NCBI GenBank assembly: GCA_024275415.1
Contig: JAJRZD010000043.1
Coordinates: 122,579-154,578 of the forward strand
DNA from: an archaeon
GTDB lineage: Archaea; Asgardarchaeota; Thorarchaeia; Thorarchaeales; Thorarchaeaceae
DNA: 32,000 bases
Reading direction: 5' to 3'
The notes under the pieces were generated by a model. That model was not told the origin of the DNA and ran no database searches. It worked only from the letters and a program-made list of their open reading frames with translations. How positions within the stretch are numbered: position 1 is the stretch's first letter; each line of letters starts with the position of its first letter. Both the position numbers and the translations under genes were made by a program. Positions 8,642 through 18,410 of this stretch are shown piece by piece.

Positions 8642-9484
8642 TCAGACTTGTGTCGGCTCATCAATCCCAAAGCAGTCCCTGACAAGTCCGAACAACCGTT
8701 GCCCGAACCGAGCAGCAGGACCACCATCCACCACATCATGGTCGAACATCATCGTCACTGGGAGCATCTCACGAATCGCGATCCTGTCATCAACAACTCC
8801 AGGTTTCTTACTTATCCCACCGAGAATGAACGCTAATGGATAGATACCAACCGAGATGCCCCAGCCTGCTAGATCCATATACATCCCCACTGAGCTTACC
8901 AACACTGTTCCCATGTGTTTCTTCACAAAGAAGGGATTCCTGAATTGACGATAGACAAATTTCCTTATGAACCGTGGGAGGCGGGGGAATATCTTTGCAA
9001 GTCGGGCGGTACGGCTCCCAGACCCCTCACCAAGCTGCTCCCATGAATCACGGACTTCCTGCGACTGCGCCTGCCGGATTTCCTCCGTGATCTCCAGAAG
9101 GCTCTTGGACTGGGCCTTTCGTATGATCAGGGGCTTCGGAAGAGTCTGGTCTTTGTATTTGGTTTCCACGAGGACTGCAACATCGACATCATTGAACAAC
9201 ACCAACTTTTTCCGACCTTTTCGCATCCCGTGCATAATGGGGAATTCACTTGCCGCCTTAGCAATGCATTTGGTTATCCAGCCAGTAAAAGAAAGTTTGA
9301 CACCAGACTCGGATTTCTTTCGGATGCGATTCCGTGCATCCGTCACATCCACCTCGGTTAGCCCCGCGACATAATGTTTTTTCATGCCAATGTCAAAAAC
9401 CTCTGCCTCAATCACGCGTTCCTTTGGGAAAGGCAACTCCTGAAACTCGCCGATGTAGTCTTTCAAATCTCCGACCTCTAGCAA
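8642..9484 (-). CDS. Stand-alone 2-oxoacid dehydrogenase E2-like acyltransferase catalytic domain (start may be TTG 9466)
   Basis: DHDVVDGGPAARF (HxxxDG), VDVAVLVE, GTVLVSSVG. No lipoyl or E3-binding domain. Confidence 0.85.
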   Translation of the reverse strand: MLEVGDLKDYIGEFQELPFPKERVIEAEVFDIGMKKHYVAGLTEVDVTDARNRIRKKSESGVKLSFTGWITKCIAKAASEFPIMHGMRKGRKKLVLFNDVDVAVLVETKYKDQTLPKPLIIRKAQSKSLLEITEEIRQAQSQEVRDSWEQLGEGSGSRTARLAKIFPRLPRFIRKFVYRQFRNPFFVKKHMGTVLVSSVGMYMDLAGWGISVGIYPLAFILGGISKKPGVVDDRIAIREMLPVTMMFDHDVVDGGPAARFGQRLFGLVRDCFGIDEPTQV

Positions 9485-9614
9485 AATCGTAAGCGGTCAG
9501 ATAGATACTGACTATATAACTCTGGCTCAACACGCGAGATGTTGTACTGATATTATTTGGATGTGTCCGTTCATCGGCATCCCAAGTGAGGTCTGCAGTT
9601 TTTCTTTGCGATGC

Positions 9615-11375
9615 TCAGACTCCTTGTCCTATTCGAATTCGATGTAGGATCAAGAACACTATGAGAGAGATTCCCACAAGCTGGACAATTGAGTTCCACA
9701 ACAAAAGCAACGCGAGCTGTTGATCAGTAGTGCCCAGTACGTCATCGGGCAATAGATTTGTGGTACTTGGTAAAGTGTCGGGTGATTGCCATATGAAGGT
9801 CTGTGGCACATAGCGCTCGATGAAGTCCAAGAGGGCATCTGTATTGATTATGGGAAACCTGTCACTGTTCGAGGCATCAATGAAATACTCGTCATCTCCA
9901 ATAAGATCATTGTCCGTATCGGTTCCATCATAGTTGCTCCAATAGTTGCCGAAGGAGCCATTATCCCAGTGGACGAAGCTCGATATTGTAAATACTGGAT
10001 AGGCAATGCTGCTGCAAAACCCGTTAAGATAGATTGTACCTCCACGGGTATCCTTAATCAAGATATCATTGAACCTCGACTCGTTCAAGATAGTGCCGAC
10101 TATCTTAATGTCCTCCCCTCCTACCACTCTCAAGCCAATCCCGTCTGAAGATGTGATGTTGTTCATAAGCAACGTGACATCATGGCTTCTATCGATTATG
10201 GACACGCCATCCTGAGTGCTATTTGTGATGTCATTCTCTGTGATGTACATGTTGTAGCTTGAACTAATGACTATCCCGTTTGTCGCACCACCGATTATGT
10301 TCCCAGTGATGTTCGAATCATGAGAGAACTCGTAAATATGTATGCCGTTATCTGCTTGGTCATTGATCTGATTATTATTAATTGTTGACTGGCTTATTCT
10401 CCGAAAAAGAAATCCTGAACCCCCAGTCCCAAGGATGGTATTGTTAGACACAGTGGCTCTAGAACCGACTTCAAGATTCACTCCATTTTGACCGATTTGC
10501 ATGAGACGGTTAGAATCGATATGGGCATCACCCGAGTCCGCAAGGTCAATCCCCGAATATGTCGTATCCACAATCGTATTGTTCTTGATCAATGCGAATT
10601 TTGAGTCAGAGCCAAAAATCCCACAATACCCAGTATTGCGAATTTTGTTCCCTATTATGTGGGTGTTTGTATCTTTACCCAGATTGATGCCCTCCCATCC
10701 ACTTTTTGAGATTTCGTTCCCCTTGATAAGGACGTTCTCAGCCGAATCAACATTGATGATATCCCCACCAAAGTCAGTGATGATGCTATTCTCGATTATC
10801 GCATTGTCAGAGCGGATGGTGATTCCTCCGTAGTCTTTCTGCCCGGAGCCAACCAGTTCGCTCTCTGAGATAATGAGCTTCGAGTCCGGCTCGGATCTGA
10901 TTGACCAGGTATTGTTAGACAAGGGATAGATCTTGCTGTCCCGAATCGTTAGATTGCTATTCTCTGCTACATCAAGGAAAGTATCATCATTGTCAATAAT
11001 CAATGTCGAATTAATAACAACTAGTACTCCCCCACTCTCGATGCGTACTGAGCCTGTGACAAACACGGTCTTGTCGACGATGACTTGGAGGTCTGTGATT
11101 GTGCCCTCTAAGTAATCAGATGTCCTGAGAATGGGTGTGTTGTCTTGATGGTGTTCGTTCCATCGTTGAATCTGGGTGGAATTGATTGTCAGAGTCGATG
11201 CTGGCTCAGATGTGTGTCGGTGAGCTGGAAACACTCCACTTAGAAGAAATAGTACTGCAAATAGCACACGCCACCTCTTCCATCGATTATGCAAAGCAAT
11301 CAACCACTTATCAACATACATCGAACTCGTAGAAAAGGATAACTCCTTCCAAAATCCCGAATATGGAATCTCCAT
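9615..11375 (-). CDS. Right-handed beta-helix (NosD/CASH-like) surface protein with C-terminal membrane anchor
   Basis: Repeated IxxNxI...GI units; GNYWSNYDGTDTDNDLIGD C-terminal motif; N-terminal hydrophobic leader and C-terminal TM. Start uncertain. Confidence 0.85.
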   Translation of the reverse strand: MEIPYSGFWKELSFSTSSMYVDKWLIALHNRWKRWRVLFAVLFLLSGVFPAHRHTSEPASTLTINSTQIQRWNEHHQDNTPILRTSDYLEGTITDLQVIVDKTVFVTGSVRIESGGVLVVINSTLIIDNDDTFLDVAENSNLTIRDSKIYPLSNNTWSIRSEPDSKLIISESELVGSGQKDYGGITIRSDNAIIENSIITDFGGDIINVDSAENVLIKGNEISKSGWEGINLGKDTNTHIIGNKIRNTGYCGIFGSDSKFALIKNNTIVDTTYSGIDLADSGDAHIDSNRLMQIGQNGVNLEVGSRATVSNNTILGTGGSGFLFRRISQSTINNNQINDQADNGIHIYEFSHDSNITGNIIGGATNGIVISSSYNMYITENDITNSTQDGVSIIDRSHDVTLLMNNITSSDGIGLRVVGGEDIKIVGTILNESRFNDILIKDTRGGTIYLNGFCSSIAYPVFTISSFVHWDNGSFGNYWSNYDGTDTDNDLIGDDEYFIDASNSDRFPIINTDALLDFIERYVPQTFIWQSPDTLPSTTNLLPDDVLGTTDQQLALLLLWNSIVQLVGISLIVFLILHRIRIGQGV

Positions 11376-11447
11376 TCGTTGTTATTGATTTAAAGTTAGA
11401 ATAACGCTCGGAAATGATTGAACAAGACAGTATAACCCATGTATAAA

Positions 11448-11477
11448 GCGAGAAAAAAGACCTATCCTTTTTCTCGC
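11448..11477. promoter_or_regulatory. 10-bp inverted repeat next to a TATA-like sequence in a divergent intergenic region
   Basis: GCGAGAAAAA-AGACCTATCC-TTTTTCTCGC, directly after GTATAAA (11441-11447). Confidence 0.4.
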
Positions 11478-11605
11478 ATATAGTTATAGATACGGTTCGA
11501 CAGAACCGGGGTGGATAGAAGTCGGGGGGAGACCTTCTTCTGTCCTCCCTAGCGGGCGGTTGCCCATCTAGCATTTAGCTCGTCAGCCGTAGGAAGGTCG
11601 TACAA

Positions 11606-12010
11606 ATGCTCCAGTTGAAGAAAAGCCTAGGGAATGTGCCTAGAGATCAAGGCGTACTCGATGATTTAGAATGGAATCTCGATTCAAAAAGTATCAAGCG
11701 TGCAATCACTATATCATGCTCACTCATCTTAGCTCTGCTTAAGGATATGCAGGCGAGAACTCCTTCACGGAAGAAACTGTTTCAAGAGTTGGGATGGAGA
11801 AACAAATACAATATTCATCTCTTAAGTGGCATCTCTCAAAAAATCATCTATCATGAATATGGCATAATTGAACGACTTGTGGATTTAGGGATTATCAAAA
11901 GAAAAAAAGCCCCTACAAAATGGGGTATGCAAAAATACCACTATCGGATTGCAGATGCTTTCGTCAAAGATTTACTAGATCGCAGGGATTTATCGGGTCT
12001 GGTTATTTAA
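11606..12010 (+). CDS. Basic winged-helix-like protein; paralogue of 11990..12574
   Basis: AGGAAGG RBS; GIIERLVDLGIIKRKKAPTKWGMQKYHYR resembles a recognition helix plus wing. Confidence 0.65.
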   Translation: MLQLKKSLGNVPRDQGVLDDLEWNLDSKSIKRAITISCSLILALLKDMQARTPSRKKLFQELGWRNKYNIHLLSGISQKIIYHEYGIIERLVDLGIIKRKKAPTKWGMQKYHYRIADAFVKDLLDRRDLSGLVI

Positions 12011-12574
12011 TGCATGAAACATGGACTTTACCAAGGGATGAGAGATATTCGCACGATATTGCAGGAATTCACGCCCCCACGGTTTCGGATTAGTACGCTC
12101 TTGAATCAATTCCAGTTTGATCAGTCTTTCGATAATCCCATTCTTTCCATATATTCGCCGGTTTGAAAGACTTGTGCGACGTGCAATCCGGTTTCTGTTT
12201 CTCCATCCTCCATCTCCTTCTAGTTCAACAATCCCATTCGTGATGGATGATGCAAGCCCATCTTCTTCAAGACACGAAAGCAGTATCTCAAGCACTAGAT
12301 ACTCGTCGTGCAGAAGGAAGGTCGCAAGGAGGGTCTTGTATTCATCAGGCGCCCAGTCCTTCAAAAGGAGAAAGAAACCTTCTAAATCACGAGGCATCTG
12401 TGTCCGATAATCATCATTCGCCTTTGCGAGATCAGTATAGCGAACTAAGTAAACGAGCAATATGATGAAACAAATCGTCACGATTGTGCTAACTATTGAG
12501 AGAAGAACTATGGGAGATATAGATTGAAAACGAGGTAGTATCCCTGCGCCATTAGTTGGTTCTAACCAAGTCAT
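11990..12574 (-). CDS. Membrane-anchored winged-helix-like protein
   Basis: One N-terminal TM (IVLLSIVSTIVTICFIILLVYLV); C-terminal GIIERLIKLELIQERTNPKPWGREFLQYR. Confidence 0.7.
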   Translation of the reverse strand: MTWLEPTNGAGILPRFQSISPIVLLSIVSTIVTICFIILLVYLVRYTDLAKANDDYRTQMPRDLEGFFLLLKDWAPDEYKTLLATFLLHDEYLVLEILLSCLEEDGLASSITNGIVELEGDGGWRNRNRIARRTSLSNRRIYGKNGIIERLIKLELIQERTNPKPWGREFLQYRANISHPLVKSMFHALNNQTR

Positions 12575-12716
12575 TCCTGATTCATGCCTCTCAGGGACTT
12601 CTTTCTAAGCCACTCATTGACCTGAGTTAATGACAATCCTCTATATCAGATTAGTGGAAATCTATTTCCTTTTCTTCCTCACCATTGTGAATCAATAATG
12701 CCATCTCTGGGGAGGT

Positions 12717-14204
12717 ATGTTCTTGAAAGAGCATTTCGCGTTTGACCGTTTATGGAGGTCAATGACAATAGAGAAAATGTCCAATCCTTTTTTTAGCACG
12801 ACCGAAGCACCTCGGATACACAAAATCCTTGCCAGAATCAGGGACTCTCAACCCGTTAATGACTTCATGGTTTTCACGCTCTTTGATTACGCGATGGACT
12901 ACAAAAAGAGAGGCTCTTTCTTGGCTGCAATGACTATTCTTTACGAGCTTCTTTCAATCATACCAATACCGTATGTAGTCGCAGAGTTCTATACTATCAT
13001 GTACATGTATTCGGTCAGTAGAGGGAATGCTAACCTTGTGGAGAGAGTATGCAGTGCTTTGGAAACGGACTTGAAAACCATGCAAAAGCCTGAACTTTTC
13101 AGATGTAAGGCTTCGATCCTTGTTGACCACGGAAAATATGATGAAGCCATCGAGGTGCTGCAGCAATCCCTGAAGTTGCACCCTCATGATGCATCGACCA
13201 CGCGATTACTCGCATCTGTGTTCAATCGACTCCATAGGAATGAAGAAGCACTTGTCGTGCTCGACCAATACATCAAGAGAAAGAAGAAAGACCCTAAGGC
13301 GCTCGAGTTGAAAGGGTCGATTCTAAGTGAAATCGGGAAGTTCAAAGACGCCAAGAAATGCTTCGAAAAAGCCTCGAAGATAGACAAGTCTGAGATAAGA
13401 TACCGGCTTATGATTGCAGCGATGTACTCTAAAATGCGTGACATGCCAAAGGCGAGAAGCATCATCAATAACCTCCTCGAATATATGAAGGGGACAGGAT
13501 CCACATGGCGAAACATGGGCGTATTTTACTCCAATCACAGGTTTCTAGACCTTGCTGAGTATTGTTTCGAGAAGGCGGTATTACTGAGTCCCAAAGAACC
13601 CGAGTACGTTCGAGACCTGACAATTGTATATCGGAAAAAAGGAGAACTGGAGAAAGCTATCAAATTTGTACGATCCAAGCTTAGATTCCACAAGGGCTCA
13701 GATAGGGTACTTCGAGTGCTTGCTGATATGTACCTTGAGGATGGTCAGTTTGACAAGGCAGAGCAATATGCATGTGAGGCACTCGAGGTCAAACCCGACG
13801 ATGCATGGTTGTTCGTGATGCTAGGGGACATTCTTCTCCACAAGAAGGACGAAGCAGGCTCGGAACGTGCATTCGATAAAGCAGTCGAGCTTTCTAGGCA
13901 GCATCCCAATATTCGTGTCAAAATCAGCATGATGTATTGGAAACACCTTGATATCAAAAGAGCCGAACGAATACTAGAGGAAGTCCTCGATGAGCATCCC
14001 ACTCACAGGCTCGCGATGGCGTGTATGAGATTCGTCAAGGAAGCTTCTTCCATGAAGGTTTCTATGCAGAAGCTGTATAAACAACTGGAGCCACAGATAC
14101 TGGCATTGGCATCAGGAGAGTTGCCTCCGAAAAAGGATGGCTACCGGCTCCATGTGAACATCTTTGATGCTTTAGCCGACGACCAAGAGGACTCTCTACC
14201 CTAA
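12717..14204 (+). CDS. Tetratricopeptide repeat protein
   Basis: Multiple TPR-like units (GKYDEAIEVLQQSLKLHP, GKFKDAKKCFEKASKID, GQFDKAEQYACEALEVKP); GGAGGT RBS. Confidence 0.9.
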   Translation: MFLKEHFAFDRLWRSMTIEKMSNPFFSTTEAPRIHKILARIRDSQPVNDFMVFTLFDYAMDYKKRGSFLAAMTILYELLSIIPIPYVVAEFYTIMYMYSVSRGNANLVERVCSALETDLKTMQKPELFRCKASILVDHGKYDEAIEVLQQSLKLHPHDASTTRLLASVFNRLHRNEEALVVLDQYIKRKKKDPKALELKGSILSEIGKFKDAKKCFEKASKIDKSEIRYRLMIAAMYSKMRDMPKARSIINNLLEYMKGTGSTWRNMGVFYSNHRFLDLAEYCFEKAVLLSPKEPEYVRDLTIVYRKKGELEKAIKFVRSKLRFHKGSDRVLRVLADMYLEDGQFDKAEQYACEALEVKPDDAWLFVMLGDILLHKKDEAGSERAFDKAVELSRQHPNIRVKISMMYWKHLDIKRAERILEEVLDEHPTHRLAMACMRFVKEASSMKVSMQKLYKQLEPQILALASGELPPKKDGYRLHVNIFDALADDQEDSLP

Positions 14205-14389
14205 TCAAAGCTGGGTCATTTTCTGAGTGACATGGTAAAACTGATGGGAGAAATTGATCCATTATCTATACAGCATGTCCTGGTCATCTGGCTCAAAACA
14301 AGCTTTTGCCTTCTAAATGTCCCATACACCAATCCATTGTCAGTGGATGCCGACGTAGGAGAATCAAAGAGATCCTACTGTGTCATACC

Positions 14390-14980
14390 ATGAAGGTTTC
14401 ACTATTCGGAATGCATGCAGTGGGAAAGACGACAATCGCGAAGATGGTTCTTAGGGAAACACTACCATTGGTGCATATTCCCACTATCGGTGTGGAAATA
14501 CGGAAGGTTCCTCAAGGATTCCTAGGGCAAAGCAAGGGCATCCTAATCTGGGACATTGGAGGCCAATTGAAATTCAAGAGCCTGTGGCCTCGATACCTCA
14601 AGGGATCTCAACTCGTACTGGCTGTTACCGATAGCTCTCTTGAAACAGTCCTCTGGACAAGAAAGATGTTACCAGAACTTCGTAAATGGTCTGACAACGC
14701 TACGATTCTAGGCATTGCCAATAAGCAGGACTTGCCCAAAGCACTGACGCGAGGGCGGGTTGAATCAATCCTTGGGATACAGACGCTTGGTATCACTGCG
14801 CTGGATGTAGGAAGTAACGAACATGATATTTTTCGCAGGAAGATTATTCGAAGCCTTGGAATTGCCTATGAGCACCTATCACATGTTGATGGACTTATTA
14901 GCACGTTCCGAGAGAACACCTATCATGGACACTCACATGATAAAAGCGATAGTATTCGATATGGGAGGCACACTCTATGA
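14390..14980 (+). CDS. Arf-like small GTPase
   Basis: G1 GMHAVGKT, G2 PTIG, G3 WDIGGQ, LWPRY, G4 NKQD. ATG 14390 preferred over track start 14306. Confidence 0.85.
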   Translation: MKVSLFGMHAVGKTTIAKMVLRETLPLVHIPTIGVEIRKVPQGFLGQSKGILIWDIGGQLKFKSLWPRYLKGSQLVLAVTDSSLETVLWTRKMLPELRKWSDNATILGIANKQDLPKALTRGRVESILGIQTLGITALDVGSNEHDIFRRKIIRSLGIAYEHLSHVDGLISTFRENTYHGHSHDKSDSIRYGRHTL

Positions 14981-15677
14981 CACGCCTCGTGAGATTGTCA
15001 ATATGACTCGCTTCATCCTTAGCGAGCTCGGACTAGACCAATTCAGTGACTTGTCAGATTCCCAGATTCTACAGATTACAAAACGGATTGACAACATGTT
15101 TGACAGTCGTCTTGAGAGAAACAATGCAGACCCATACTGGCTACCGTCCTTCGATGACTCTGTCGAGTATGACAAGCTTATCTTGGAAAAGCTTGGGGTC
15201 GAGGGCGATCTTGTCAGAATGGCGACGAGAGCACATCAGGCATGGGAAAAGGCATACAGTGAAACGAAGCCGAACTTCATTGAATCATGCAGGACACACC
15301 TTGAAACACTTCACCAGCGTGGGTATCGTCTGGGGATTGCATCGAATAGACGGAATGACCCGATACCACACTTGGAGTCTGCTGGTATCCGACACCTCTT
15401 TGATGTTATCGAGTATTCCTGCGTACCCGGGTACAGAAAGCCCTCTCCGTTCATGCTTCTTCAGGCTGCAGCGAAACTGGGAGTCAATCCCAGAAGATGC
15501 GCGTATGTGGGCGACAAGGTAGAATATGATGTGGTCGCTGCCAAGAGAGCAGAATTCCTCCCAATCCTAATCATCTGGTGTGATCCAAAAGAGAGAATGA
15601 ATGTCTTAGATGATGTGGTCGTCATTGAACACATCAACAAGATGATTGAGATGTTCAGGGGCGCAGGAGTTCACTAG
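14937..15677 (+). CDS. HAD-superfamily hydrolase
   Basis: Motif I IVFDMGGTL, II ASN, III KP, IV VGDKVEYD. Start placed at MIKAIVFD. Confidence 0.9.
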   Translation: MIKAIVFDMGGTLYDTPREIVNMTRFILSELGLDQFSDLSDSQILQITKRIDNMFDSRLERNNADPYWLPSFDDSVEYDKLILEKLGVEGDLVRMATRAHQAWEKAYSETKPNFIESCRTHLETLHQRGYRLGIASNRRNDPIPHLESAGIRHLFDVIEYSCVPGYRKPSPFMLLQAAAKLGVNPRRCAYVGDKVEYDVVAAKRAEFLPILIIWCDPKERMNVLDDVVVIEHINKMIEMFRGAGVH

Positions 15678-15864
15678 AGGCTTACACAAACATTCTCTAG
15701 CATGGTCGATCTTTCTGCATAACGCTCTATCATTCAGAGAAGAACGTTGACTCGACGACTATGATTTCATAATTATCGCCCGTGATGTTAATCTTCTCTG
15801 GGAATAGTCTAGTATCGCTTTCTATGATAGCATTACCTGAAATAGATTGATGATATAGGAAAAA

Positions 15865-16191
15865 TTGCTGAAACTATTATGTCATCTACTGGGTGTTTCT
15901 GTCCTAATTAGGTTGTTTCAGAAACCGAGAGGAAACAAGAATGCTCAGCAACGAGGAGCCTGCCATGACTGTAATTTCATATCACGAAATACTGACTGGA
16001 ATATCAATTCCTTAGACATCATGATAGGAGGAATCGCCCTGTCAAATAGCGTATTGGAAATTGCGTCTAGAGATGCCAATTTCGTAGAAATAGTGAAAGT
16101 ATCTGACTTTGGAGGTAATCAACTACTAAGCAACAACGACATCATAGTAGAGAGGAATACCAGCGAAGAACCAACAAGTGGTGATACATGA
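15865..16191 (+). CDS. Possible hypothetical protein or degenerate region
   Basis: Longest ORF in an AT-rich ~500-bp gap; no recognisable motif. Confidence 0.25.
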   Translation: MLKLLCHLLGVSVLIRLFQKPRGNKNAQQRGACHDCNFISRNTDWNINSLDIMIGGIALSNSVLEIASRDANFVEIVKVSDFGGNQLLSNNDIIVERNTSEEPTSGDT

Positions 16192-16232
16192 AAAAATGAT
16201 GGTGGCCCCTCATCGAATGCCTTGCAGGGGCC
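16190..16232 (-). terminator. Hairpin plus T-tract downstream of rubredoxin
   Basis: GGCCCCT...AGGGGCC 7-bp stem (16204-16232), followed on the - strand by TTTTTT (16196-16191). Confidence 0.45.
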
Positions 16233-16245
16233 GACTCTGATTGTT

Positions 16246-16407
16246 CTATTCGAGCTTTTCGAAGTCCTCTTTCGAAGCCCCACACATCGGACAGACCCAA
16301 TCATCGGGCAGATCCTCGAACTTGGTGCCGGCAGCAATCCCACCATCGGGATCGCCAACATCCTCGTCATAGACCCAGCCACAGACAAGACATTCCCATT
16401 TTGCCAT
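16246..16407 (-). CDS. rub: Rubredoxin (53 aa), missing from the ORF track
   Basis: [53 protein letters not shown]; two CxxCG motifs; GGAGA RBS. Confidence 0.97.
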   Translation of the reverse strand: MAKWECLVCGWVYDEDVGDPDGGIAAGTKFEDLPDDWVCPMCGASKEDFEKLE

Positions 16408-16565
16408 CTGTCTATCTCCAGTTTCATTTTGCTATTCTTGTGAACGAACCGTAATCATCCACCTTCTAGCGGTTATAATCACAGTGATAAAAGCCTTCGG
16501 TTGCATTCAAAGAAAAGGCGCATGCCCTCAGATCATCAATGATCCGACAGGGCATGCTTTGCGCC

Positions 16566-17792
16566 TTAGATGTCGTCCTCTTCAGGTTCCGGTACTTCAT
16601 CTATCTCGATTGGTTCATCTGGAGGCATGTCTGCTTCAATGGGCTCCTCGATTGTTTCTGGCTCATCAGGTTCTTGTTTCTCTTCTAAAGGTGCATCATC
16701 CAAGACCACTGGGGTGTCCGCGGTCATTTCAGGAGCTTCGGACATCTTACGATAGCACATAACAAAGCGAATCTCAACTGCAAGGGCGATGAATGGGAAT
16801 ATCCAGAGCTTGATGATGTCACTTACAGGGGCTATGTCAGTGGGTGAGTGACCTGCATTGGCAAGGAGAATTGTAAACATAACATCCACGAAGACATAGC
16901 ATGAAGCAAGGAAGAACGTAAATGTCGCAGCAAGTTCTTTGGAGAGTTTGAACCGTGATTCCGTTTCTGCTCTACTTGCGAGGGTTCTGCCTACACCACT
17001 CATGGTGTAGAGGAGAAAGAATACGGTCACAGCCACTCCGACGATGTCTATCCCAAGGTCTGCCCCCTTCAGGACGTTGTAGATGAAATATCCGGAATAC
17101 AGAGAGATGAAAAGTCCCAGCAATGCTAGATTGTCTGCACCCTCCCTGTTCCTCTCTGATGTGACGAGTATCCCATTGATGAAGTTGAAGATTGATGCAA
17201 TAAGGATACCGACAAGTGCGCCTCCAATGGCAAGCGGTGGCGCTTGGAAAGGATACAAGATGAAATAGGTCACGATAGCAGCACCAATAATGATGACATA
17301 GTTGAAGATGTTGGCTATTCCAAAGAACACGGTCATGGCCTTCGACCGATGTTCGTGATCAATCGAAGTTGCGAAGCCGAGGCTCGTCTGTGTTGAGAAA
17401 TAACCCTGGAATCCAATCCAGACAAAGAAGCCAGCGAATGTTATCACAAGAAGGAGGATCCCTGCAAATACGAGTGTGATAATGTATAGGATCAAACTGA
17501 CAATGAACATTATCACAGTCAACATGCCTGACCTAGCATATGACTCCTCGCTGGCAACGAAATGCTGTAAACCTAACAGTGACAGGATTGTAACGATCAT
17601 CCAGAAGAACGGAAACAAGGCAGCCAATGCAAGTGCAGCATTCGCACCTGCTGGAAATGTTGCCACAACTCTTTCCAATATGTACGCAAGTGTAGCGTCG
17701 ATAAAGAATATTAACGTCAACCATTTCAATCGTTTCGAGGCAAAGAAGAGTTTCAGTCCTTCAATGAACCTAGTTAATACTGGAATCTCCAT
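16566..17792 (-). CDS. Polytopic membrane protein (~10 TM) with acidic Pro/Glu-rich C-terminal tail
   Basis: Repeated hydrophobic segments; tail EEKQEPDEPETIEEPIEADMPPDEPIEIDEVPEPEEDDI. Confidence 0.8.
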   Translation of the reverse strand: MEIPVLTRFIEGLKLFFASKRLKWLTLIFFIDATLAYILERVVATFPAGANAALALAALFPFFWMIVTILSLLGLQHFVASEESYARSGMLTVIMFIVSLILYIITLVFAGILLLVITFAGFFVWIGFQGYFSTQTSLGFATSIDHEHRSKAMTVFFGIANIFNYVIIIGAAIVTYFILYPFQAPPLAIGGALVGILIASIFNFINGILVTSERNREGADNLALLGLFISLYSGYFIYNVLKGADLGIDIVGVAVTVFFLLYTMSGVGRTLASRAETESRFKLSKELAATFTFFLASCYVFVDVMFTILLANAGHSPTDIAPVSDIIKLWIFPFIALAVEIRFVMCYRKMSEAPEMTADTPVVLDDAPLEEKQEPDEPETIEEPIEADMPPDEPIEIDEVPEPEEDDI

Positions 17793-17837
17793 GGCGGTTT
17801 TCCCCTGAGAATACTACAGATACCTGTGTACATTCAG

Positions 17838-18311
17838 CTATTTATGCTTGAGTACATGAAGGATTTCTTCTTCGAGGGTTTCTTTGACAGCGGGCTTTTC
17901 GATGATAAACGCCACCTGCTCTCCTGAATTCTTGTCGAAGAACACGAAGTAGGGGATTGCAGGCACTTCCCACTCGTTGGTTTCTGGAGGAGAGGGAGGC
18001 ACGGCCCATTTCACATCAGGATCCAACGGTGCGGTCTTGATTGTCCCGAAGACCAGCACATCGAGGTTGATTTTTTCCTCAAGATGTTTCATGACCGGCA
18101 TGGCATCCTTGCAGTCCCCACACCATGCAGCGCTGAACACGACCACACACAGATCCTTAGTGATAGTAGCGAGTTCGTCGAGAACCTCTTGCTTTGGCGA
18201 GTACTCCTCGTAGAGCTCATCGAGGATATCACGATCCTTTTCAGACATGCTCTCAAAATAGCCTTTCACATCAGTAGCTCTGCTCCTGATATCGTCAAGG
18301 TCAGCCTTCAT
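17838..18311 (-). CDS. Thioredoxin-family protein
   Basis: AAWCGDCK active site; cis-Pro motif VPAIPYFVF. Confidence 0.88.
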   Translation of the reverse strand: MKADLDDIRSRATDVKGYFESMSEKDRDILDELYEEYSPKQEVLDELATITKDLCVVVFSAAWCGDCKDAMPVMKHLEEKINLDVLVFGTIKTAPLDPDVKWAVPPSPPETNEWEVPAIPYFVFFDKNSGEQVAFIIEKPAVKETLEEEILHVLKHK

Positions 18312-18410
18312 GGTACTTGTTCGATGGTGAATCCCACTTAAGATTTTGCAAGTGGCTTTTGTGAGGACATAGCACGAACGCTCTTATGTGACGATAGCAC
18401 CTGAGAAACG

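Noticed and set aside
11311-11598. Minus ORF 11311..11574, and a CTGACGAG hammerhead-like core on the minus strand
   Set aside because: The ORF overlaps the beta-helix gene start and has no motifs; the GAAA core element required for a hammerhead is absent.
14306-14936. Track starts at 14306 (GTPase) and 14823 (HAD)
   Set aside because: The extensions precede the first conserved strand and would create long overlaps.
15700-16190. Selenoprotein by TGA read-through on the minus strand
   Set aside because: Three TGAs in one frame without a redox-motif context, and no SECIS-like element recognised.
16119-16443. Track ORFs 16119..16427 (-) and 16222..16443 (+)
   Set aside because: Alternative frames over the rubredoxin gene.
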